Below are positions 47,550-58,795 of a stretch of 64,000 bases of DNA, one piece after another. This DNA comes from Ophelia neglecta (taxonomy: Eukaryota): NCBI GenBank assembly GCA_965285935.1, contig OZ260662.1:101060001-101124000 (forward strand). Direction: 5' to 3'. The first letter of the stretch is position 1. Each line of letters starts with the position of its first letter. The notes below the pieces were generated by a model. The model worked only from the letters and a program-made list of their open reading frames with translations. It did no database searches and had not been told where the DNA came from. The position numbers and the translations under genes are program-made.

Positions 47550-48860
47550 AGTACCCAGGTTACCATTCACTAGTAACCAAGGTGATTGGATACTGGTAAC
47601 TAGCTAGGTTATCACACTAGTAACCAAAGTTATCACCATGCTGTGTTACCACATTGGTTATCCATGTAACTATAAAGGTATCTCTGTAAGGCATATGAAT
47701 AACACAGGAAACCACACACTGGTAACCAAGGTTACCACATACTGGTAACCCAGTGAACACCATATACAGGTAACCCAGTGAACACCACATACTGGTAACC
47801 CAGTGAACACCATATACTGGTAACCAAGGTTACCACATACTGGTAACCCAGTGAACACCACATACTGGTAACCCAGTGAACACCACATACTGGTAACCAA
47901 GGTTACCACATACTGGTAACCAAGTGAACACCACATACTGGTAACCCAGTGAACACCACATACTGGTAACCAAGGTTACCACATACTGGTAACCCAGTGA
48001 ACACCACATACTGGTAACCCAGGTTACCACATACTGGTAACCCAGTGAACACCACATACTGGTAACCAAGGTTACCACATACTGGTAACCCAGTGAACAC
48101 CACATACTGGTAACCCAGGTTACCACATACTGGTAACCCAGTGAACACCACATACTGGTAACCAAGGTTACCACATACTGGTAACCCAGTGAACACCACA
48201 TACTGGTAACCAAGGTTACCACATACTGGTAACCCAGTGAACACCACATACTGGTAACCCAGTGAACACCACATACTGGTAACCAAGGTTACCACATACT
48301 GGTAACCCAGTGAACACCACATACTGGTAACCAAGGTTACCACATACTGGTAACCCAGTGAACACCACATACTGGTAACCAAGGTTACCACATACTGGTA
48401 GCCCAGTGAACACCATATACAGGTAACCCAGGTTACCACACAATGGTAACCCATGTTACCACATACTGGTAACCCAGATTACCACACAATGGTAACCCAT
48501 GTAACCACATACTGGTAACCCAGGTTACCACACAATGGTAACCCATGTAACCACATACTGGTAACCCAGGTTACCACACAATGGTAACCCATGTAACCAC
48601 ATACTGGTAATCCAGGTTACCTCACAATGGTAACCCATGTTACCACATACTGGTAACCCAGGTTACCACACAATGGTAACCCATGTTACCACATACTGGT
48701 AACCCAGGTTACCACATAATGGTAACCCATGTAACCACATACTGGTAACCCAGGTTACCACACAATGGTAACCCATGTAACCACATACTGGTAATCCAGG
48801 TTTCCAGCCTGGTAACCCAGGTAACCACTCACTGATATCCCAGGTTACCACACATTGGTA
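47550..48860. repeat. Palindrome-rich minisatellite: a 25+23-bp (48-bp) dimer block followed by a 23+23-bp dimer block
   Basis: Units CCACATACTGGTAACCCAGTGAACA and CCACATACTGGTAACCAAGGTTA. Confidence 0.95.
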
Positions 48861-49179
48861 ACTGTACGGAATCCATGTATGTTTTAATCACCATAGTCAC
48901 AGTGTCATGTAGTCACTGCTGCAATATTGGAGAAGCCCAGTCACATACTTTTCATTTCTACTTAATTGCCGACATAAGAACCTGTCCAAGTATGGCATAT
49001 CTCAGTCGTTGTCTCACTTGTCCTGGTTACCTGGCCTGTCGCCCTATTGGCTCAGACACGTTCCAATCCCAGAGGACCTATCAGTAATAGTTCTCTGGAT
49101 GGTTGTGTTACCTCGATGAATGGACATGCCAGGCATAGTCCCCACATCTCCCCAAAGACATGCCCCCTGGGCTGTCAAT

Positions 49180-50090
49180 ACGCTGTACACACCTTGCCAG
49201 GTGGGGCCTGCCCGGCTTAGTGTTACACCTGTGCCAGTATGCTGGACACCTGGCAAGGCGCGGCCTCCCTGGCTTACAGCCATACCTGCCCTAGGGCTGT
49301 GACCCCCTCAGCAGTATGCTGTACACCTGGCAAGGCGCGGCCTGCCCGGCTTACAGCCACACCTGCCCTAGGGCTGGGACCCCCTCAGCAGTATGCTGTA
49401 CCCACCTGGCAGGTTGGGGCCTGTCTGGCTCAGGGCAACCTTTGCCCAAGGGACCGGGACTCAACAGTTTGCTGTACAGTGGTCCCTGCGATGTAGGGAC
49501 TCCCTCCCACCACAGGACACACCTGGCAGGGTGCAGCCTGCCTTGTTAAGTTGGGGGGGGGGGGGGGGGGTAGTGTGCTGTACACACCAAGCAGGGTGCA
49601 GCCTGCCTTGTTAAGTGGGGGGGGGGGGGGTAGTGTGCTGTACACACCAAGCAGGTTGCAGCCTGCCTTGTTAAGTGGGGGGGGGGGTAGTGTGCTGTAC
49701 ACACCAAGCAGGGTGCAGCCTGCCTTGTTAAGTGGGGGGGGGGGGGTAGTGTGCTGTACACACCAAGCAGGTTGCAGCCTGCCTTGTTAAGTGGGGGGGG
49801 GGGGGGGTAGTGTGCTGTACACACAAAGCAGGGTGCAGCCTGCCTTGTTAAGTGGGGGGGGGGGGTAGTGTGCTGTACACACCAAGCAGGGTGCAGCCTG
49901 CCTTGTTAAGTGGGGGGGGGTAGTGTGCTGTACACACCAAGCAGGTTGCAGCCTGCCTTGTTAAGTGGGGGGGGGGGGGTAGGGTGCTGTTAACACCTGG
50001 CAGGGTGCAGCCTGCCTGGTTAAGTGCTACTTCTGCCCACTTAGCAGGTACCAGGACCCCCTCACCAGTATGCTGTACACACCTCGCAGG
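49180..50090. repeat. ~60-bp minisatellite with variable poly-G tracts (homogeneous core 49520-50020)
   Basis: Unit GTGTGCTGTACACACCAAGCAGGGTGCAGCCTGCCTTGTTAAGT(G)nTA. Confidence 0.92.
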
Positions 50091-52094
50091 GAAGCATGGC
50101 CTTGAAATTCCTCATCCATCCGGTCAGCAACCACCAGCCAAATCTTCCCAGACACATCAGATGGTACAAATGGACAGACAATTAAATCTTTTATTGGCTA
50201 ATCCATCAGCGACGCTGTCATTAGCCTATAACGATGAAGGTAATGGAGGCATTGTAACAGCAATCGAGGGACCATCCGATTCAGACATCTGCAGCATTTA
50301 TAAACAGCAGGATGTCTGATTTGTTCACTTCAACTCATCTGCTTGCAATAAAAGGACAAATTGCCGCATTTTGGTCTTGACTGGCATAAGTAATATGGTC
50401 AGAGATGTCATACTCAAACACTGGAATAGCCAAATAGCTCAAGACTCAGATCTGTAAATAACAGGCCCAAACTAAGAATCATGAGTGATGAATTTGTACC
50501 ATTAACATTGTAAGATACTCCCAAAATGGCACCTTTCTAGGTATAATTGACACTAAATTGACTTTGGTTCCCTGGTGGCTCTCCACAATGATTATCTGAT
50601 GCTATTGTGATTAACAGCCTTCACAGGGAGGGGAACACTCCATACCAAGTATGGTGGTAAGTGGGGTGAGTGGCCGGCCTGGGACTGGCCAAATGGAGGT
50701 AACGTGCTAGAAATGGCGGGAGGACAGCCTCTGTGCACACTGACACCTCCGTCTGGTTAACTGGGGGTTTGCACACAACTTATTGGTTTAAAGCTGGCAG
50801 GCTGAGTGCCAGAGACAGGCCTGGGGATGAATGGCCCTAGCCATACATGGATAAGCTTCTCCCCAAGCACATTAATCATGGCAGACAAAAGCAGGCATCT
50901 TGTCACCACTCGTACATTATGTCGCCTGACTTAACATATCTGTTAGACTTACAAGCCATTTAGGACAGAGAGTTATGTAGAAGACACCTTCAAATTACAG
51001 TGGAGAATGATTTAGGAAGATATTTAAGAGATAACCTGTAATAGATTGCCCCTGCCTTTGACTGGAGGTGTGAGCCAGTGCAGGGAGGTAAGGAGTCCCA
51101 ACCCCTGCTCCACAGCACCACTGCCAGCCTCTCCAGAGGTAAATGTCTGCATTTGTCCTATTGTTACTCTGAGTGGTGTACTAGTGCCCATGAATTAGGA
51201 CACTGTTTAGTTAATTTTTAGATGGTTTAATTTTGCTGCACTTGCCAACCTCAGGAGTTAATTAGCTGCAGGTGACAAAGACTTTATTACTATTTAAACA
51301 AATTATATACTTGGATATAAACTTGAAAAAGATAGCCTCCTGTCAGCCATGTTTGCCCTTGTTTTGGCCCCATACACATACAGCTGAGGCAGAGACCCAG
51401 GGAGGCACTCGTATTGTCGTGTGTGGACATCAACTTCTAACTTTTCTCCAAACTCTGACCTGGATGTGGGGAAACAAATGCAAAAATACTGACATGTATT
51501 TAAAAATATGACCCTAATCGCAGACCAGCATTTTTGAATGCATACATTTTTTATAGACAGAGGTCGCCACGTATGTAGGTAAGAAGTATCATGACCTGGG
51601 AAATGGTGCTGCAGTCAGAGTAAAGTTTCACACTGCATTAATCCTGATATGGAAAAAAAACATGGCGGAAGCCACAATTAACATGAAAAAGGGACCCTAA
51701 CCCCGGACCTTGAGCATAAAAACCTACCCCTTTTCAGCCACAATTCTTGTAAAAGACATCTAAGTGCTGGTCAGCGCCGGTCAGCATCTGAGGCTAAACA
51801 CAAAACCTTTCCCCCTTTTTTTGGCATGGACATGACTCCAGATTCTCCGGAAGTGGCCCTGCCCCTGGGGGTAGATCAGAGTGTGTGTGACAGGCAGGGC
51901 AGTAGGTGGTATGGACTGCAGCCACTGAGCACACTCATACCTACACCTGACAGCTTCAAGTGAGAAGATCTCAGAGTGACCCCGGCCTCCTCAGGGAACT
52001 GTCATCTCCAGACTCAAGTCACTTCTACTACAAGGCAATATACCTAGTACACAAAAGGGCAGGGGAGCAATCAGGCAGTGGGGCCATGAGGGGA

Positions 52095-53365
52095 GACGAA
52101 GAGCACTGCAGGAGAGACCAACAGGGGAAGGGGGGCCAGGAGGAGGCCAAGAGAGCTGCAAGAGAGACCAACAGGGGAAGGGGGGCCACCAGGAGGCCAA
52201 GAGAGACCTACAGGAGAGACCAACAGGGGAAGGGGGGCAAGGAGGAGGCCAAGAGAGCCGCAGGAGAAACCAACAGGGGAAGGGGGGCCAGGAGGAGGCC
52301 AAGAGAGCTGCAAGAGAGACCAACAGGGGAAGGGGGGCCACCAGGAGGCCAAGAGAGACCTACAGGAGAGACCAACAGGGGAAGGGGGGCAAGGAGGAGG
52401 CCAAGAGAGCCGCAGGAGAAACCAACAGGGGAAGGGGGGCCAGGAGGAGGGCAAGAGAGCCGCAGGAGAGACCAACAGGGGAATGGGGGCCAGGAGGAGG
52501 CCAAGAGAGCTGCAGGAGAAACCAACAGGGGAAGGGGGGCAAGGAGGAGGCCAAGAGAGCTGCAGGAGAAACCAACAGGGGAAGGGGGGCAAGGAGGAGG
52601 CCAAGAGCACTGCAGGAGAGACCAACAGGGGAAGGGGGGGCCACCAGGAGGCCAAGAGAGACCTACAGGAGAGACCAACAGGGGAAGGGGGGCAAGGAGG
52701 AGGCCAAGAGAGCCGCAGGAGAAACCAACAGGGGAAGGGGGGCCAGGAGGAGGGCAAGAGAGCTGCAGGAGAGACCAACAGGGGAACGGGGGCCAGGAGG
52801 AGGCCAAGAGAGCTGCAGGAGAGACCAACAGGGGAAGGGGGGCAGGAGGAGGCCAAGAGCACTGCAGGAGAAACCAACAGGTGAGGGGGGGGGGGCAGGA
52901 GACCTGCAGGAGACACCAACAGGGGAACGGGGGGCCAGGAGGAGGCAGAGAGAGAGCTACAGGTGAGGGGGGGGGGGGGGGGCAGGAGGAGACTGAGAGC
53001 ACTGCAGGAGAGACCAACAGGGGAAGGGGGGCCAGGAGGAGGCCAAGAGCACTGCAGGAGAAACCAACAGGTGAGGGGGGGGGGCAGGAGGAGGGTAAGA
53101 GAGCTGCAGGAGAGACCAACAGGTGAGGGGGGGGGGGCAGGAGGAGGGTAAGAGAGCTGCAGGAGAGACCAACAGGGGAACGGGGGCCAGGAGGCCAAGA
53201 GAGCCGCAGGAGAAACCAACAGGGGAAGGGGGGCCAGGAGGAAGTGGAGAGACCTGCAGGAGAGACCAACAGGGGAAGGGGGGCCAGGAGGAAGTGGAGA
53301 GACCTGCAGGAGAGACCAACAGGGGAACGGGGGCCAGGAGGAAGTGGAGAGACCTGCAGGAGAGA
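52095..53365. repeat. ~50-bp purine-rich minisatellite
   Basis: Unit GAGAGCTGCAGGAGAGACCAACAGGGGAAGGGGGGCCAGGAGGAGGCCAA; explains ORFs 51960..53126, 52071..53369 and 52208..53386. Confidence 0.95.
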
Positions 53366-54209
53366 ACATTGGTAGTGGGGCCTCAAGGAGGTTCAGTTAA
53401 CTGCAGTAGAGGGCCATGAGAGGGCAAGTCAATGACCAAGAGAGGGTAAGCCGAGAGGCTGCTGAGGGCAACAAGCCCTGGCCTAACAGCCAGAGTGACA
53501 ATCACCATGCCCTTCAATGGCCTTCTACAGCCTTCTGACATTTCACAGGGCTAGGCGAAAACGCTTGAAGCAAATCCAGCCAAGGCCAACAAGCTACAAT
53601 CTTCATGAATAACAAAATAAAGACTTATCTCTTGGGCAAGGATAGGATATGAAGGGGATACATATACAGCTTGAATGTTACTATAGGATCACAATGAAAT
53701 ATTGCTTTTACAAGAATGTCTGTACAGATTTTTGTGTTGTTAAATTATGACAATATTTACCAAGCAGTCCCTTGGCATTCTGATTATTTATCATGGCAAA
53801 ATGGTCCTACAGATGTACCAGATTAATGTATAATCAGAGTTTACTGGCAAGTTGAATGCTAAAAATCCCATTGTGATCCCATCTACACCACAATAAATAA
53901 TACTTAGTGTGGCTCAGGAACTCCTGACAATGAACTCATGTATAATTGATCCCCAGCCTACAGAATTGTCTCTCAGTAGCAACTGTGATTTCCTACTAAC
54001 TTAACACACCAGAAAATTAAGCTCATCAACATGCAGAAAAACCATACCAGATTAATATATAAATATACCTACATAATAAACCTACAAAAAGTGTCAGATA
54101 ACATAGAGCTAAAGGAGTAGACTCCTTGGGCTAAATGGTCATGTATTGTAGGCCTCACATAGAAGTTACGACCCCTAATATGTGCCACATACTATTCAAC
54201 TATTTATAA

Positions 54210-54363
54210 CAATCAGGTCAGTCAAGGGACAGGGAAAACTGACCACATTATGTAAGTGGCCCTTGAGGCAGGTCAGTTAACACATGCGTGAAGGGGGATT
54301 GGGTTATTATTCAGAGGACAGGTGACCTTATTACACAGGTGACCACAAACACAGGTTTTACTG
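54210..54363. mobile_element. Truncated MITE (family of 11995-12160)
   Basis: Ends CACAGGTGACCACAAACACAGGTTTTACTG|TA. Confidence 0.7.
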
Positions 54364-54394
54364 TATTTTCACTTATATTACATTTTATTGCCTA

Positions 54395-54775
54395 TCATTG
54401 CTAGAGACTTGTCCTATGAGTAATGCTAGACTTGTTTTCTAGGAGTAATGCTAGAGACTGGCTCCCTATGAGAAATACTAGAGACTGGTTCCCTATGAGA
54501 AATGCTAGAGACTTGTCCTATGAGAAATGCTAGAGACTGGTTCCCTATGAGAAATGCTAAAGACTGGTTCTATGAGTAATGCTAGAGACTGGTTCCCATG
54601 AAAAATGCTAGAGGCTTGTTCCCCATGAGTCATTCTAGAGACATTTACCCATGAAAAATGCTAGAGGCTTGTTCCCCATGAGTAATGCTAGAGGCTTGTT
54701 CCCCATGAGTTATGCTAGAGGCTTGTTCCCCATGAGTTATGCTAGAGGCTTGTTCCCCATGAGTAATGCTAGATA
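54395..54775. repeat. ~27-bp minisatellite (ATGAGTAATGCTAGAGGCTTGTTCCCC)
   Basis: Period of 27 at 54678/54705. Confidence 0.92.
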
Positions 54776-55050
54776 AGGGCAAAGTCACATAAAAATAAAA
54801 CAATTCATAATGTTTGCAAAATTATTATTGCGAATGTTGCAAACATTGTGTGCTCAAAGAAATTTCCTAACTTACTGTTAATTCCTGGCAATAAATAGAA
54901 CTCGATCATTGCACATGACAGAAAACTCCATCCAGAACTGATAGTAATTAATACAGCAGAGAATGAAATGAACAACGAAGCTGAGCTATAAGTTTGTCTT
55001 ACAATCACGTCATCTCCAAGTTTGACTCAGATCACAAATCACAATCTACT

Positions 55051-55287
55051 GGGCTGGGTTTCTGGAAGCTGTATTAAGTCTTAACTTGGATTAGAATCAG
55101 GATTAAAGTGCTTAATCGGTTCTAACTTGCTAATCAGGGTTTCTGGAAGCTGGATTTGGTAGTAAACCTAGAAAGTTTGGTCTTAAACTCAATTCTGGTC
55201 AATGGAAACACTGAATAACAGTCTTAGCTAATTGGTTCTAAGCTAATCTTATCCCTAAGCATAAGACTGCTTCCAGTAACCTGGCCC
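55051..55287. mobile_element. Harbinger-like MITE copy (family of 16874-17110)
   Basis: GGGCTGGGTTTCTGGAAGC ... GCTTCCAGTAACCTGGCCC. Confidence 0.8.
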
Positions 55288-55700
55288 AGGTTTGACTCCG
55301 AGCACAAATCAGAATCGGTAAATTAACACTCATGAGTTACCGGAACGACACAAGAAGCTTAGGCTGCAAATGTCAACAAACTCGTATAACAGATTCAAAT
55401 GCCTACATACTTATGTCAACAAACTCATATAGCCCATTCAATAGTCAACAGTCATACTACCTAGTTCACTATAATACTGTATGACTGGATAAAGTTTGCG
55501 AAAATGGATATTTTGACCAGATTGTAAAAATTTCCCGCAAGCTATTTAGATATGTAGCCCTACATTCTCTGGTTCAATACTACTTACAAAATATAAGGTT
55601 ACCTATGATTCGTGCAAACTTCCTGTTTAAAGAATAACCTGTGACGTTTATAAACACTAGGTCCTTGGAAGGTCCTTCAATGATCCTCCAAGGAAATATA

Positions 55701-55878
55701 CAGTGAAACCTGCCTTAAAGACCACCTCTATAATCAGGACACCTGTCAATTCAGACCATTAATATGAGGACCATGCTGTATACTTTCAATGGTAAACAAC
55801 CTGTCTAAACAGACCACCTCCAAAATCAGACCTGTATTTTCCAGTCCCTTTGGTGGTCTTAATTCACAGGTTTCACTG
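55701..55878. mobile_element. 178-bp CAGTGAAACCTG MITE
   Basis: Perfect 12-bp TIRs and TA TSD. Confidence 0.9.
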
Positions 55879-55974
55879 TAGTCAGACAGGACTAGAGAAG
55901 GGTGAAGTTTTAAAAGGTAGTCCAACTCCAATAAACAGACATTATAGTGCAGCAGTTCAAGCCAAGGGGCTCTG

Positions 55975-56439
55975 AAGTCGGCTCTACTTTTAATGTATAT
56001 AAAGTGCCAAGGGCCGCTATAATTGGCTCTATATTTTACCTAGTACTCTCTATTAAAGAGCCCCCCTAACACCATATCAGCCTCTATTGCACTGGAGTTT
56101 GTCTTGTAGCTTTTGGGGCAGTTTTGGGACTGTTTATACAGTGAAACCTGTCTTAAAGACCACCTCTTTATTCAGACCACCTGTCCATTCATACCATTAG
56201 TATGAAGACCATAGTATACATTTTCAGGATAAAATAACCTTTATAAACAGACCACCTCTATAATCAGAGCAGTATTTGCCAGTCCCTTGGGAGGTCTTAT
56301 TTCACAGGATCCACTGTACATGTATTTGTCTTTAATTTCTCCATTGTCAGTCAGAGAGGAACTTTTAGAAAATATGCTTATTCTAATGGCACTTAAGAGA
56401 CAGCAGTTCTGCATATCTGTTTGGCACCCACAGTGTTAA
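55975..56439. mobile_element. piggyBac-like dispersed repeat carrying a nested MITE
   Basis: Homologous to 29925-30211 on both sides of the 56139-56316 insert. Confidence 0.55.
56139..56316. mobile_element. 178-bp CAGTGAAACCTG MITE (nested)
   Basis: TA|CAGTGAAACCTG ... CAGGATCCACTG|TA; same length and family as 55701-55878. Confidence 0.88.
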
Positions 56440-56787
56440 AAACATGCTCCTAATCGTCTAGAGTACAAGTCTCTGTACAAAGTGAGGTGAACAATGGAGC
56501 CCAATGAAGCTTTTATAGTTCTCATCAACAACATGCCACCCAATATGCTGTAAACCCAATTTATTACTCAGCCAAGAAATGTTAGGCATGAAACTTAGTT
56601 TAAACATATACTTGATAGATTTGTACAAGACGGAGCAATAAAAGCATGGCCCTTTATATGGCTTTCCCATTGCCAAGTTCCTGCCAAAGGGGCAGAAATC
56701 TCCTCATCTATTACACTGAAGGGATACACAGAAAGATGTGACACGCCTAAGTTCATTATTGTCTAAATGTCACATGCTGTATGACAA

Positions 56788-57155
56788 TGTCTATTGACAG
56801 GTTTGACTGTGCTGTCCTCTAGTGGACAGGTTTGACTGTGCTGTCCTCTAGTGGACAGGTCTGACTGTGCTGTCCTCTAGTGGACAGGTCTGACTGTACT
56901 CTTGTGGACAGTTCTGACTGCGCTGTCCTCTAGTGGACAGGTCTGACTGTACTCTAGTGGACAAGTCTGACTGTGCTGTCCTCTAGTGGACAGGTCTGAC
57001 TGTACTCTAGTGGACAGTTCTGACTGCGCTGTCCTCTAGTGGACAGGTCTGACTGTACTCTAGTGGACAAGTCTGACTGTGCTGTACTCTAGTGGACAGT
57101 TCTGACTGTGCTGTCCTCCAGTGGAAGGGTCTGACTGTGTCTGACTGTAATTGAC
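56788..57155. repeat. 29/24-bp minisatellite (CTCTAGTGGACAGGTCTGACTGTGCTGTC)
   Basis: Direct inspection. Confidence 0.92.
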
Positions 57156-57619
57156 AGTTCTGTCGTTGCTCTCTTCAGGAATATGCAGTATATTGTTGGC
57201 ACATCAGTTCCATTCAAACAGGTATGTTGGACAGAGCTCATCCCATTAGTTATCTACACATATATATGTACAGTGCTCACTTCATGAAGGAAAACAATAA
57301 AAGCATCATGTAAAATTAAAGATGAATATTTCATTTGCAAATAAAACTGGAAGTTATCACAAAAGCCAAAGCACATTATACCTTCATTCAATTTCTGAAA
57401 TAACATACTCCAAATGACATTTCATTTGGTTGAGTCAAGGTATGGTAGCAGCGTATAAAATGCCTGGAAAAGGGGGAGGCATAGCCTAATATTAAATAAG
57501 TGGGAGGGGTGGCAGGCTTAAGGAATTTTACGGATGGCAGCTTAATAGCTCCATGACCCAATGGCCAATACCAAGTTAATATCTATAGGTTTGGAGAACA
57601 GTGCTCAGCCCACCCATAC

Positions 57620-58795
57620 ACCCCCTCCCCCTCCTATATTGCCTGTGATACCCCCACCCTTTCTCCTTACTGGGATCCCCCACCTACCCCCTGTCCTACC
57701 TGGGATCCCCCACCCACCCACTCTCCTACCTGGGATCCCCCACCCACCCCCTCTCCTACCTGGGATCCCCCACCCACCCACTCTCCTACCTGGGACCTCC
57801 CACCCACCCCCTCTCCTACCTGGGATCCCCCACCCACCCCCTCTCCTACCTGGGATCCCCCACCCACCCACTCTCCTACCTGGGACCTCCCACCCACCCC
57901 CTCTCCTACCTAGGATCCCCCACCCACCCCCTCTCCTACCTTGGATCCCCCACCCACCCTCTCTCCTTCCTGGGACCTCCCACCCACCCCCTGTCCTACC
58001 TGGGATCCCCCACCCACCCCCTCTCCTTCCTGGGAGCCCCCACCTACCCCCTCTCCTTCCTGGGATCCCCCACCCACCCCCTCTCCTACCTGGGATCCCC
58101 CACCCACCCACTCTCCTACCTGGGACCTCCCACCCACCCCCTCTCCTACCTGGGATCCCCCACCCACCCACTCTCCTACCTGGGACCTCCCACCCACCCC
58201 CTCTCCTACCTAGGATCCCCCACCCACCCCCTGTCCTACCTGGGATCCCCCACCCACCCTCTCTCCTTCCTGGGACCTCCCACCCACCCCCTGTCCTACC
58301 TGGGATCCCCCACCCACCCCCTCTCCTTCCTGGGACCTCCCACCCACCCTCTCTCCTTCCTGGGATCCCCCACCCACCCACCCCCTCTCCTTCCTGGGAC
58401 CCCCCACCCACCCCCTCTCCTACCTGGTACCCCCCCACCTACCCCCTGTCCTACCTGGGATCCCCCACCCACCCACTCTCCTACCTGGGATCCCCCACCC
58501 ACCCCCCCTCCTACCTGGGATCCCCCACCCACCCACCCCCTCTCCTTCCTGGGATCCCCCACCCACCCCCTCTCCTACCTGGTACCCCCCACCTACCCCC
58601 TGTCCTACCTGGGTTCCCACGCCCACCCTCTCTCCTTCCTGGGATCCCCCACCCACACCCTCTCCTACCTGGTACCCCCCACCTACCCCCCCTCCTACCT
58701 GGGATCCCCCACCTACACCATGTCCTACCTGGGATCCCCCACCTACCCCCCCCCTCCTACCTGGGATCCCCCTCCCACCGACTCCACCACCTGGG
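57620..58795. repeat. 30-bp C-rich minisatellite (CACCCACCCCCTCTCCTACCTGGGATCCCC)
   Basis: Columns stay in register across the 60-bp lines; explains Pro-rich ORF 57561..58964. Confidence 0.96.

Noticed and set aside
47670-48851. Repetitive ORFs (MWCSLGYQYVVTLVTS)n
   Set aside because: Products of the 48-bp satellite.
49031-49077. Possible 47-nt minus-strand exon (tag|...CAG|gtaacc)
   Set aside because: Has a stop codon in phase 1, which the TNFR exon chain requires; poor polypyrimidine tract.
51960-53419. 388-432-aa low-complexity ORFs on both strands
   Set aside because: The 50-bp unit is not a multiple of 3, so the peptide cycles through all frames; the unit simply lacks stop codons.
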